Notes under the pieces: model-generated
Seen by the model: only the letters and a program-made list of their open reading frames with translations
Told to the model about the DNA's origin: nothing
Databases searched by the model: none
Position numbers and translations under genes: made by a program
Part shown: positions 1-8,543 of the stretch, piece after piece
Layout of the letters: every line of letters starts with the position of its first letter
Position numbering within the stretch: the stretch's first letter is position 1
From: an uncultured Oscillospiraceae bacterium
GTDB taxonomy: Bacteria > Bacillota > Clostridia > Oscillospirales > Oscillospiraceae
Assembly: GCA_964544505.1 (NCBI GenBank)
Contig: CAZJCA010000002.1
Location: 8,234-72,233 of the forward strand
DNA: 64,000 bases
Reading direction: 5' to 3'

Positions 1-97
1 GCATTTGTAGAAGCGATGCCACTTCCTGACTTGCCACATCACCTCGGATGATGACTTCCGTTTCGTCCAACACTGCCGATTCCAGTTTGATTTTCAT
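1..97 (-). CDS. LytTR-family DNA-binding protein, N-terminal part only (runs off window)
   Basis: Manual translation from ATG at 97 gives MKIKLESAVLDETEVIIRGDVASQEVASLLQM, typical of stand-alone LytTR regulators; purine-rich RBS (AGGGG) upstream; not in the ORF track. Confidence 0.55.
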   Translation of the reverse strand, partial: MKIKLESAVLDETEVIIRGDVASQEVASLLQM

Positions 98-139
98 ATC
101 ATCAGCCCCTTTCCGATCTCGTTCTTAAGAACTGGCCTT

Positions 140-224
140 ATTATACACTGCTTTTTTCTTCTTGTCATAAGATTTTCACCCAGTGGTCAAAAACAGCCCC
201 TCAGTGGCAGAAATTCCGCCCTCA
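140..224 (-). promoter_or_regulatory. Promoter with 21-bp-spaced direct repeats (putative LytTR sites)
   Basis: TATAAT at 145-140; CAGTGG repeated at 181-186 and 202-207, with a partial third copy at 218-224 (period 21). Confidence 0.45.
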
Positions 225-233
225 AAAAAAGAA

Positions 234-268
234 AACACAGGATCAGAAAGCCATTTCCGATCCTGTGT
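234..268 (-). terminator. Intrinsic terminator after the 275..697 gene
   Basis: Inverted repeat ACACAGGATC...GATCCTGTGT, followed by a T run on the minus strand. Confidence 0.55.
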
Positions 269-274
269 CGATTT

Positions 275-697
275 TCATTCTTGATTGTCAGTCTTTTTAT
301 TCTGCCGGGTTGGGACGCACTGCAAATTCTTCATCCGCTCGGAAATGGCTCTGGGGGTGCGCTTGAGGACATTGGCGATCTGGTAGATGTTCTTCCCTCG
401 CCGCAGCATGGTCAGAAGCTCCTGCTCCTCCTTGGCAGACCACACTTCACCGCCTCGGGGGTACCGCTGGGCATTCTTCGCCGCACGATTTTTCCGGGCA
501 GACTGCTTGTCCTCCTGTTCCTGAAGAATATACTGCTCCACCGACGCAATGGTGCAATGCTCCAGCACCACCTGCAACGCCGCCTGCACTTCCTCGTTAG
601 AACAGCTGTCGTTACTGCTCAGCACCTGCCCCGTCACCGGGTTGATACCGTTACGCAGGGATTCCACCATCGTCCGTGCCAAGAATGGATCCATCAT
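275..697 (-). CDS. Hypothetical protein with C-terminal helix-turn-helix
   Basis: 140 aa; N-terminal GINPVTGQ motif and C-terminal W..KEEQEL....G..IYQIA..LKRT..AI..R pattern. Confidence 0.65.
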   Translation of the reverse strand: MMDPFLARTMVESLRNGINPVTGQVLSSNDSCSNEEVQAALQVVLEHCTIASVEQYILQEQEDKQSARKNRAAKNAQRYPRGGEVWSAKEEQELLTMLRRGKNIYQIANVLKRTPRAISERMKNLQCVPTRQNKKTDNQE

Positions 698-830
698 TCA
701 TTCCACCACCAATTTCTAAGATTTTCTCTGCAAAATTCCTCTCTTTTGGGGGTTATAGAATATATTATATTGCAAAAAACTGTTTTCGTCAACAAATTCC
801 AGATAGATTTCGTGCCTGCTTCCCCACAAA

Positions 831-862
831 AATATGCCGCCAGAAGATTCTGACGGCATATT
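831..862 (-). terminator. Intrinsic terminator of the SipW operon
   Basis: AATATGCCGCCAGAA / TTCTGACGGCATATT hairpin just past the stop at 867, with a T run on the minus strand. Confidence 0.7.
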
Positions 863-866
863 CTTC

Positions 867-3176
867 CTATTGGATGTAGAGCACATAGTTGCGGTTTAGC
901 TGGAAGCTATTGTTTTTAAACAGCTCCGCTGTGATTTCAAGCCCAGTGGCACTGTCGATCAGCTTCTTTTCCTGCATCAGTGCTGAATCGAAGAAATCGC
1001 TGATGCTCGTTACCTGTCTTTTAACTTCCGTTCCTTCAGTTGTCCACTGGTAAACATCGAAGCTACGGTCTGCGCTGACGATGGAATGAACATCTCCCGT
1101 GTAAACAGCAACGATGCCCACAGTATCCTGTTTATAAACATTGAACGGCCCACTAAAATTGATCGTTCCGTCCGTCTCCCATGCAGGCATATAAACACCC
1201 TTGTATTTATCGCCGTCTCTGCCCATGAAGAAATCTCCCTCGGGCTTTGCACTGAGGACGATGATTCGATATTTGTCCTCTTTTTTCTGATAAGCCACTT
1301 GTATCTGCACAGGCTTACCTTTTTCATAGGTCACCTTGAACACAAAGCTGTAATAGCCGGACACATGACAGGTCATGCTCATGTTTGCTCTTGGAGGAAT
1401 AGTGATATTGCTCAGTCTTCCTTTCTCTCCGTAAATCGTACCCGGCAGCCAATATTCCTGTCCGTTGAACTGATACAGTCCCAGGCAGTCTTCTCCACAA
1501 GCTTCGCAGCTTGCACATGCGCTACACGCCGTATTGCCGGGCGAACAGCAGTTGCAAGCCTTGCAATATCTGGCATTTGCGGTCATTGGAACGACCTCAA
1601 TGCCCGTGGAGTTTTGGGTCAGGAATGCAAAATCTTCACCCTCGTTTAAGTATACATCGTCCACATAGTAGTAGCGCTCTTGGTTTGTGTCAGTGGCGGT
1701 ATAGACCTGCTTATAATCATTGGAATCGTACTGGTAGGTAGCGTCTTCCTGTTGGTAAACCATGCGGAAGTCGTCCACCTTCTGAAAACCGATCACAAAG
1801 AATGCATCCAAGTGGTTGTATACCTTCCATGCCTTTACTGTCTTGAGTGCACCTACTTCATCTGTCGGTGCAAATACTTTTACAAACTTTGGATCATTGG
1901 CATAGTAATTATATTGACTTTCTAATGCCGGGTCGGTGCTTTCTGTGCCGGAAGCATTGGTATAATAGAAAGTCAAACTGACATTGTAATAGCCCTCTTC
2001 CAACTCCAGCTTCTTTATTTGATCCGTTGTTATCAGCGTAATCCAATCCGATCCCCAGTCGTTATGATCAAGCCGGATGTCTCGCTCGGGAGAATAATAA
2101 AAGTCGTTGGTAAAATAGTTGGCGGTATAGTAAAGGGGCGTTTCATTGTCGCCTTTCACCAGTTTATTTTCTTTGCGGAACAAGCAGACCGTATAGCGAT
2201 TTTTTTCATAGTCGACCTCGTCGGACTGTTTGTCCTGAGGATTCGCACCGGGATTGACTCTAAATTTAATAATCGACTGCCAGTCAATTTTATTATTGTT
2301 TTTGGCAGCAAAAACCGGGTACAAATAAATCACCCGGTCTCCCACACCGGAGCCGTCATAGGAGCTGCCGTCAGCGTTCGTTCTCTGGTCCAGGTTCTGC
2401 AAGGATGTTGTGGAAGAAACCTGCTCTATAACACCGGATGCGCCATAATTGCCGTAAGCCGGAACCCCTGTTGCAATCACTTTTCCGTCCTCGTCGCAGG
2501 TATTACCATTCGTAGAGTATCTGCCGCCTGAGTATACAGTTCTAGTATTTGTTGTCGCTTTATCCGCAGTCCAGCCGACGAACTCCGGGCCAAAGCCCCA
2601 GGGATCCTTATACTCACTTTGAGCCACAATGGCATCCAGCAAATCCGCATCGATATTGCCCTGCACTGTGAAGCTGACATAGGTGCTGGTCTTTTCAATG
2701 GTAACTTCTTTGCCGTCTACTTTTGTCGTTTTGGCACGGATATAGCCTGTGTAATCTCGCTGCTGAAAGAAGCTCAGTTTATTATTCTCGTCCTTGCTTT
2801 TGTAAGTAATGTAGTAGTATCCTCCATCCACTTGGAAATTACTCTTTGCTTCAGCAACGCTCTGTCCTCCCCGGTAGCACAATTCCGTTTCCACATTATA
2901 GGGATTATTCGCATGGTTCGCAATCTCCAGCGGATCGGTAATGGTAGCGCTGTTTTCACCGATCTCCGCTCCCGTGGCATAATAGGGCGAAGCAAAGAAA
3001 TAAACCTGGTAATAGTCGCTGGAGACCTCGCCGAACATGGCGTTAGAATTGGAAATACTGGCAGAAATATTCGCCGCCGCATCCGCCGCAAAGATAAAAA
3101 TGCCATATCCTGCGCCCACGAATACCGGAGCACACAGCAGGGCGATCAGCATGATGACAGCAAAAGTTTTCTTCAT
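867..3176 (-). CDS. Large secreted protein (769 aa) with SipW-type signal peptide; putative fibre tip adhesin
   Basis: Start re-called at MKKTFAVIML (ATG 3176, GGAGG RBS, ATGA overlap with upstream stop); signal ends VGAGYG-IFIF; Tyr/Asn/Thr-rich beta-type composition; no LPXTG or C-terminal TM anchor seen. Confidence 0.75.
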   Translation of the reverse strand: MKKTFAVIMLIALLCAPVFVGAGYGIFIFAADAAANISASISNSNAMFGEVSSDYYQVYFFASPYYATGAEIGENSATITDPLEIANHANNPYNVETELCYRGGQSVAEAKSNFQVDGGYYYITYKSKDENNKLSFFQQRDYTGYIRAKTTKVDGKEVTIEKTSTYVSFTVQGNIDADLLDAIVAQSEYKDPWGFGPEFVGWTADKATTNTRTVYSGGRYSTNGNTCDEDGKVIATGVPAYGNYGASGVIEQVSSTTSLQNLDQRTNADGSSYDGSGVGDRVIYLYPVFAAKNNNKIDWQSIIKFRVNPGANPQDKQSDEVDYEKNRYTVCLFRKENKLVKGDNETPLYYTANYFTNDFYYSPERDIRLDHNDWGSDWITLITTDQIKKLELEEGYYNVSLTFYYTNASGTESTDPALESQYNYYANDPKFVKVFAPTDEVGALKTVKAWKVYNHLDAFFVIGFQKVDDFRMVYQQEDATYQYDSNDYKQVYTATDTNQERYYYVDDVYLNEGEDFAFLTQNSTGIEVVPMTANARYCKACNCCSPGNTACSACASCEACGEDCLGLYQFNGQEYWLPGTIYGEKGRLSNITIPPRANMSMTCHVSGYYSFVFKVTYEKGKPVQIQVAYQKKEDKYRIIVLSAKPEGDFFMGRDGDKYKGVYMPAWETDGTINFSGPFNVYKQDTVGIVAVYTGDVHSIVSADRSFDVYQWTTEGTEVKRQVTSISDFFDSALMQEKKLIDSATGLEITAELFKNNSFQLNRNYVLYIQ

Positions 3177-3880
3177 GTTGTTCCTCCCTCCTCCGCCAGG
3201 ATCAGCCGGAATGTAACGCTGACAGCACTGTTTTCCATTGCCTTTTTCATATAGTGCATGACTGTCACAAATCCCTGCTTGGTGGTACACTGACTGTTGG
3301 GGGACATATCCAAGCCCTGATCCGTCTTATACTGGAATCCCACTTTCACATTCATGTTGCTTTCGTTTGTCACATTTTCGATGAGCACACAACGGTAGGA
3401 TATTTTGTTCTCCGTCTTTTGTGTCACCTGGAAAACGGCATTGCCAATGGATGCAGGTTCAAAATAATCCAGAATGGAATTGGAAATGTCGTGGTGCTCC
3501 ATTCGTTCTTCATCGGTCACTTGATAATCCACAGAGCCGATTCCCCGGGCGTCCGTATCTGACAGCACCACATCGCACACCAGCGACACCCGATAGCCTT
3601 CGTACTCGGACAAGTTCAAGAGGAATTCCGCCTCCTTGGTGGGGTTTGCACTGCTGATAAGATACAGTTTGTCGATATCCAGAAACAGCTGATAGGTTTG
3701 CTCCGCACCGTCGATGCTCACCTTGCCGATCTGCAGATCATCCACGGACACGGAAACCGAGGGCTGCACAGCGGAAGTCGTATTGTTTCCAAAATAGAAC
3801 AGGGAAAAACCGACGCCCACAGCCAAAACTGCCAACAGTAGGAAAATGATCAACAGCCCCAGTCCTTTTCGTCTGATCAT
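3173..3880 (-). CDS. Secreted protein (235 aa) with SipW-type signal peptide; putative minor fibre subunit
   Basis: Start re-called at MIRRKGLGLL (ATG 3880, ATGA overlap); signal ends VGVGFS-LFYF; aligns by eye with the 4985..5629 product. Confidence 0.75.
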   Translation of the reverse strand: MIRRKGLGLLIIFLLLAVLAVGVGFSLFYFGNNTTSAVQPSVSVSVDDLQIGKVSIDGAEQTYQLFLDIDKLYLISSANPTKEAEFLLNLSEYEGYRVSLVCDVVLSDTDARGIGSVDYQVTDEERMEHHDISNSILDYFEPASIGNAVFQVTQKTENKISYRCVLIENVTNESNMNVKVGFQYKTDQGLDMSPNSQCTTKQGFVTVMHYMKKAMENSAVSVTFRLILAEEGGTT

Positions 3881-4920
3881 AGGCCGCTCTCCTCTGCAGG
3901 AGCACCTTCTTCCCCAGTATTCTCCGGGGTCTGCTCCTCTGGGGTCTGCTCCTCTGGGGTCTGCTCCTCCGGCGCTTGTTCCGTTGGGATCTGCTGGACA
4001 GGCGCTTCTGTGGTCGCTTCCTGCGCAATGATCTCCTCCTGCGCCGGAAGTGTCTGCTCCAGGATCTCCCACTGGAAGCGGTCAAACCGCTCCAGATACA
4101 GCTTCTCCACGCCATCGTTCAGCAGCATATACAGGATCAAAACGCCCAAAGCCATCACGGTTGTAGATACACCCACGGAAGAACGAATGTAGGAAATAAA
4201 GTGTCCCAGTGCAACATTTTTCGTACCCTGGAAATCAGCCGTAGCGAATACACCCACGATCCGCTCCTTGCCGATCTGGAACTCGCCGGCCATGGAGCTG
4301 GGGTTGGCATCACCACGAAATGTGTAGACAGGTGCACCGGATGCATTTTCACCGATTTCGATCAGCCGGTGGATCACCGTGATCTGCTCTCCTTCCGATT
4401 CCATGGAGAAAGCCACAATATCGCCCACCTGGATTTTATCAATGTATTCCTGTTTTTTGGAAATGGTGATCAGGGAATACTGCTCAATGCGCTGGTCACT
4501 CTCTGTCAAATAGGTGTTGCCGGGGTTCACCGAAGCCATGGAGCCGGTCTGAATGGTCAGCACCGCCCTGTCCCCCAGCCAGATGTGCCGATTTTCTCCG
4601 ACTGCGCCGGAGAAGATCAGAAACACCACCACTGCCAGGCAGAAAGCAATGCACACGCCCCACATCACTCTTTGCAGGACAGTCTCACGCTTCTTTTTCC
4701 TGGCAAAATAGTCCTGTGCCTGGGGGAAGGTGCTATATTCTTCTTTGGATTTTTCCAGCATCGCCCGAACATCGGCGCGGATCGCATCATCCTCCAAGCC
4801 GTGGGTGATCAGCTTTTTCTGGGCCTTTAAATAAAATATTGCCAGAGTGATAAATGCCGTAGCAACAAATATCACTACAATAACTCCGACAACATTGGCC
4901 ATCATTGTAACACTATTCAT
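3877..4920 (-). CDS. sipW: Signal peptidase I, SipW / S26B (ER/archaeal-type) class
   Basis: Motifs IQTGSM (catalytic Ser), VGDIVAF, VIHR (His base), FRGDAN; TM helices on both sides. Confidence 0.8.
   Translation of the reverse strand: MNSVTMMANVVGVIVVIFVATAFITLAIFYLKAQKKLITHGLEDDAIRADVRAMLEKSKEEYSTFPQAQDYFARKKKRETVLQRVMWGVCIAFCLAVVVFLIFSGAVGENRHIWLGDRAVLTIQTGSMASVNPGNTYLTESDQRIEQYSLITISKKQEYIDKIQVGDIVAFSMESEGEQITVIHRLIEIGENASGAPVYTFRGDANPSSMAGEFQIGKERIVGVFATADFQGTKNVALGHFISYIRSSVGVSTTVMALGVLILYMLLNDGVEKLYLERFDRFQWEILEQTLPAQEEIIAQEATTEAPVQQIPTEQAPEEQTPEEQTPEEQTPENTGEEGAPAEESGL
3926..3970 (-). repeat. 15-bp tandem repeat x3 (EEQTP) in the acidic C-tail of the signal peptidase
   Basis: GGGGTCTGCTCCTCT three times; the last copy ends in C. 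Confidence 0.9.
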
Positions 4921-4984
4921 TGTATCCGTCCTTGCTCAGCATTTTCACTCTGACAATATTATGTCTTGGAACTTAAGTTAGGGA

Positions 4985-5629
4985 TTAGGTAGCATCACGC
5001 AGGGTGACAGTATAGACCACAGAAATGGTGTTACTAGTATTGTTTACAATTCCCTTAAAAGTATTGTAATCACTCTCATTTGTAGGTTCTTTGCCACTCA
5101 CATAGGAAAATTCAACATTCTTCCAATCAAAGGAGTTCTTCTCATTACCCGTAAAGGTGATGGTTATTTTTCCATCAACTGCAGAATCGGCCTTTTTAAC
5201 ATCCCATCCATCCACACCAGTCTTCATAGAAGCATTGAAGTATTCAGCCAAACTCGCAGAGATGGACATGGTAACAATAAAATCATATGTAACCTGACTA
5301 CCAACCTTGTCAACAATCTTTTCGTCCGTAGGAGATGTATATGTGGCAACTGTATTGGCGCTTTCCGCAAAGACAGCTTTGATGCCATCGACAGTATACT
5401 TCGTCAGTGTAGAGCCGGACGGACGATTCGCCTGGTCAAATTTTAGTGCAAAAGTGTCAGCAGCAGTAATCGTGCCAACCTTGATCAACTGCGTAACCTC
5501 CTTGGTGCCTGCCACAGAGCTGGAACTAACTGTGTTGTTACTAAAGTACCAATAAGAGAAACCGGAGCCGATCATCGATACCATGATCAGCAGTGCCGCA
5601 GCCGCAGCGACAAATCTTTTCATTTTCAT
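4985..5629 (-). CDS. Secreted protein (214 aa) with SipW-type signal peptide; putative major fibre subunit (TasA/CalY-like)
   Basis: Start MKMKRFV at 5629 with GGAGG RBS; signal ends IGSGFS-YWYF; Thr/Ser/Val-rich; terminal beta strand ISVVYTVTL; first gene of the operon. Confidence 0.75.
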   Translation of the reverse strand: MKMKRFVAAAAALLIMVSMIGSGFSYWYFSNNTVSSSSVAGTKEVTQLIKVGTITAADTFALKFDQANRPSGSTLTKYTVDGIKAVFAESANTVATYTSPTDEKIVDKVGSQVTYDFIVTMSISASLAEYFNASMKTGVDGWDVKKADSAVDGKITITFTGNEKNSFDWKNVEFSYVSGKEPTNESDYNTFKGIVNNTSNTISVVYTVTLRDAT

Positions 5630-5697
5630 ATCTGTTTCTATCCTCCGAATTATCTTTTTGTCTAACTTCGTGCAAAAGCAACAAGTTAGTTTCAATC

Positions 5698-5726
5698 AAG
5701 ATACACTATATTGTGACAAAAATCAA
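5698..5726 (-). promoter_or_regulatory. Putative sigma-A promoter of the SipW operon
   Basis: TTGATT (5726-5721) - 17 nt - TATCTT (5703-5698). Confidence 0.45.
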
Positions 5727-5728
5727 TA

Positions 5729-5739
5729 CCCCCCCCCCC
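5729..5739. repeat. C11/G11 homopolymer tract next to the -35 element
   Basis: 11 consecutive C on the + strand, in AT-rich intergenic DNA. Confidence 0.9.
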
Positions 5740-6053
5740 GAGTTTACAGAAATTTTACATTTTGTTCATATTTTTAAAACACCCAGATAAACAGACCATT
5801 TTTCATCTGTATGCGACGATTTTCTTGCACTTATACCCCAAAAAGTTTCCGTTTTCCGTTTTTTACCATCTTCCCCCAGCTTCATCGGTTATTGGTAAAA
5901 CCGTTTTTTCTTTCGGAAAACCGCCCCCACATCGCCTCTGTTTTTCCCGGCGACGGCAGTTTGACCGCATTTTTTCATTTTTTCTTTTCTCCCATCTTGT
6001 ACAGCGGTACAGAAAGTATTATAATAGCCCCAGAAATAGAAAGGGGGAACTTT

Positions 6054-8393
6054 ATGACCCTGAAAGAATTACAAGTAGGCTCTTCCGCCGTGGTCACCGC
6101 TGTTGGCGGTCAGGGCAGCCTGCGGCAGCACTTTCTGGACATGGGTGTGATTCCGGGAGCGGAAGTCACTGTGGTAAAGCTGGCACCCATGGGCGATCCC
6201 ATGGAATTGCAGATCCACGGCTACGAACTGACCCTGCGGCTGGACGATGCTGCAAAAATCGATATTGAACCCATCTCCAAGCGGAGCAAAAATTACACCA
6301 GCCCCATCAATTTCAGCAAATTCCAGCATCCCGGTCTGGGCGAGGGTGGCAAATACCACGAAAAAGGCGACGGCGATCCCCTGCCCGAAGGCACGGAGCT
6401 GACCTTCGCCCTGGTGGGCAACCAAAACTGTGGCAAAACCACTCTTTTCAACCGGCTGACCGGCTCTAATCAGCATGTGGGCAACTTCCCCGGTGTTACC
6501 GTTGACCGGAAGGACGGCCCCATCCGGGGCTATGCCAACACCTCCGTGGTGGATCTGCCGGGCATTTACTCCATGTCTCCCTATTCCAGTGAGGAGATCG
6601 TATCCCGAAACCACATCCTGCTGGACAAGCCCAAGGCCATCATCAACATTCTGGATGCCACCAATATCGAGCGCAACCTGTATCTGACCATGCAGCTTCT
6701 GGAAATGGATGTGCCTATGGTGGTGGCGCTGAACATGATGGACGAAGTTACCGGCAACGGCGGCTCCATCGACATCAACGGCATGGAAGCCCTGCTGGGC
6801 GTGCCTGTGGTGCCCATTTCCGCGGCGAAAAACTCCGGCGTGGACGAGCTGATCAAGCACGCCATCCATGTGGCAAAATATCAGGAAAAGCCGAAAAAGC
6901 AGGATTTCTGCGACAAAAACGACTTTGGCGGTGCTGTCCACCGCTGCCTGCATGCCGTGGATCACCTGATCGAAGATCACGCCGAGCGAGCAGATCTCCC
7001 CCTGCGGTTTGCCTCTGCCAAAGCCATCGAAGGCGACAGTCTTATTTTACAGCAGCTGAAGCTGGACAAAAACGAAAGTGAAATGCTGGAGCACATTGTC
7101 CTGCAAATGGAAACCGAACGCAAACTGGATCGTTCCGCTGCCATAGCAGATATGCGTTTTGCCTTTATCCAAAGGCTCTGTGCCCAGACCGTCACCCACC
7201 CCCACGAAAGCAAGGAGCGGCTGCGCAGTCAGAAAATCGACCGGATCCTCACGGGAAAATATACCGCCATTCCCTGCTTCATCGGCATTATGCTGCTGGT
7301 GTTCTACCTGACATTTGAGGTCATCGGCGCATTTTTCCAAGGGCTTCTGGAAGCAGGCATCAGCTATCTTTCCGAAATTGTGGACAGTGCCCTGACCGCT
7401 GCCAATGTCAATGCATCCATTCACGGTCTGATCATCGACGGTATCTTTGCAGGTGTGGGCAGTGTGCTCAGTTTCATGCCCATTATCGTCATCATGTTCT
7501 TCTTCCTGTCCATGCTGGAAGACAGCGGCTATATTGCCCGTGTTGCCTTCTTTATGGATAAACTGCTGCGGCGAATGGGTCTTTCGGGACGCAGCATCGT
7601 GCCCATGCTCATCGGCTTCGGCTGCACCGTCCCGGCAGTCATGTCCACCCGGACACTGCCCAGTGAGCGTGACCGAAAAATGACCATTCTGCTGACCCCC
7701 TTTATGAGCTGCTCGGCAAAGTTGCCGATCTACGGCTTCTTCGTCGCCGGTTTCTTCCCCCAGTATCAGGGACTGATCATGACAGGGCTGTATTTTCTGG
7801 GTATTGCGGTGGGCATTGCCATGGCCTTTTTGCTCAAAGGCACGGCCTTCAAAGGCGAAGCCGTTCCCTTTGTCATGGAGCTGCCCAACTATCGCCTGCC
7901 CGGAGCTAAAAATGTGTCCCAACTGCTGTGGGAAAAGGCCAAGGACTTCTTGCAGCGTGCCTTCTCCGTGATTTTGATCGCATCCATCGCCATCTGGTTC
8001 CTGCAAAGCTTTGATTTGAAGCTGAACATGGTGGAAAATTCTCAGGACAGCATCTTGGCTGCACTGGCAGGGCTTCTTGTGCCGCTTTTCAAGCCCATTG
8101 GATTGGGCGACTGGCGGATCTGTACATCCCTGATCAGCGGTTTCATGGCAAAAGAAAGCGTGGTCGCCACCATGGAAGTGCTCTTTGGCACATCCATCAA
8201 CACAGTCATTACCCCTCTGACCGCCGCCAGTATGCTGACCTTTAGTCTTCTCTACACCCCCTGCGTGGCTGCTATTGCCGCCGTTCGTCGGGAGTTGGGC
8301 AGCAAATGGGCCGTAGGCGTAGCACTGTGGCAATGCGCCATTGCCTGGCTGGTCACACTGCTGGTACGCCTGATTCTGGGAGGGATTCTATGA
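6054..8393 (+). CDS. feoB: Ferrous iron transporter, FeoA-FeoB fusion
   Basis: FeoA domain (LDMGVIPG..APMGDP), G1 GNQNCGKT, G2 GNFPGVTV, G3 DLPG, GFGCTVPA, LYTPCVA; start re-called at ATG 6054 with RBS and a TTGTAC-17-TATAAT promoter. Confidence 0.95.
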   Translation: MTLKELQVGSSAVVTAVGGQGSLRQHFLDMGVIPGAEVTVVKLAPMGDPMELQIHGYELTLRLDDAAKIDIEPISKRSKNYTSPINFSKFQHPGLGEGGKYHEKGDGDPLPEGTELTFALVGNQNCGKTTLFNRLTGSNQHVGNFPGVTVDRKDGPIRGYANTSVVDLPGIYSMSPYSSEEIVSRNHILLDKPKAIINILDATNIERNLYLTMQLLEMDVPMVVALNMMDEVTGNGGSIDINGMEALLGVPVVPISAAKNSGVDELIKHAIHVAKYQEKPKKQDFCDKNDFGGAVHRCLHAVDHLIEDHAERADLPLRFASAKAIEGDSLILQQLKLDKNESEMLEHIVLQMETERKLDRSAAIADMRFAFIQRLCAQTVTHPHESKERLRSQKIDRILTGKYTAIPCFIGIMLLVFYLTFEVIGAFFQGLLEAGISYLSEIVDSALTAANVNASIHGLIIDGIFAGVGSVLSFMPIIVIMFFFLSMLEDSGYIARVAFFMDKLLRRMGLSGRSIVPMLIGFGCTVPAVMSTRTLPSERDRKMTILLTPFMSCSAKLPIYGFFVAGFFPQYQGLIMTGLYFLGIAVGIAMAFLLKGTAFKGEAVPFVMELPNYRLPGAKNVSQLLWEKAKDFLQRAFSVILIASIAIWFLQSFDLKLNMVENSQDSILAALAGLLVPLFKPIGLGDWRICTSLISGFMAKESVVATMEVLFGTSINTVITPLTAASMLTFSLLYTPCVAAIAAVRRELGSKWAVGVALWQCAIAWLVTLLVRLILGGIL

Positions 8394-8521
8394 GTCTTTC
8401 CGATTACCTGCTAATTGCCGGCATCGTCTGTGCCGTTGTGGCCGCCATCCTCAGCATCCGCAAGCGCCGCAAAAAAGGCGGCTGCTGCGGTGACTGTTCC
8501 AGCTGCACCGGCTGTCATTAA
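8390..8521 (+). CDS. FeoB-associated Cys-rich membrane peptide (43 aa)
   Basis: TM helix, basic stretch, then GGCCGDCSSCTGCH; ATGA overlap with the feoB stop. Confidence 0.85.
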   Translation: MSLSDYLLIAGIVCAVVAAILSIRKRRKKGGCCGDCSSCTGCH

Positions 8522-8543
8522 ATTTTCTTTTGGAGGATCAATC

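Noticed and set aside
3881-4072. N-terminal GADPR repeats in the track version of ORF 3173..4072
   Set aside because: Alternative-frame reading of the 15-bp repeat in the peptidase tail; the likely start is ATG 3880, which gives a clean signal peptide
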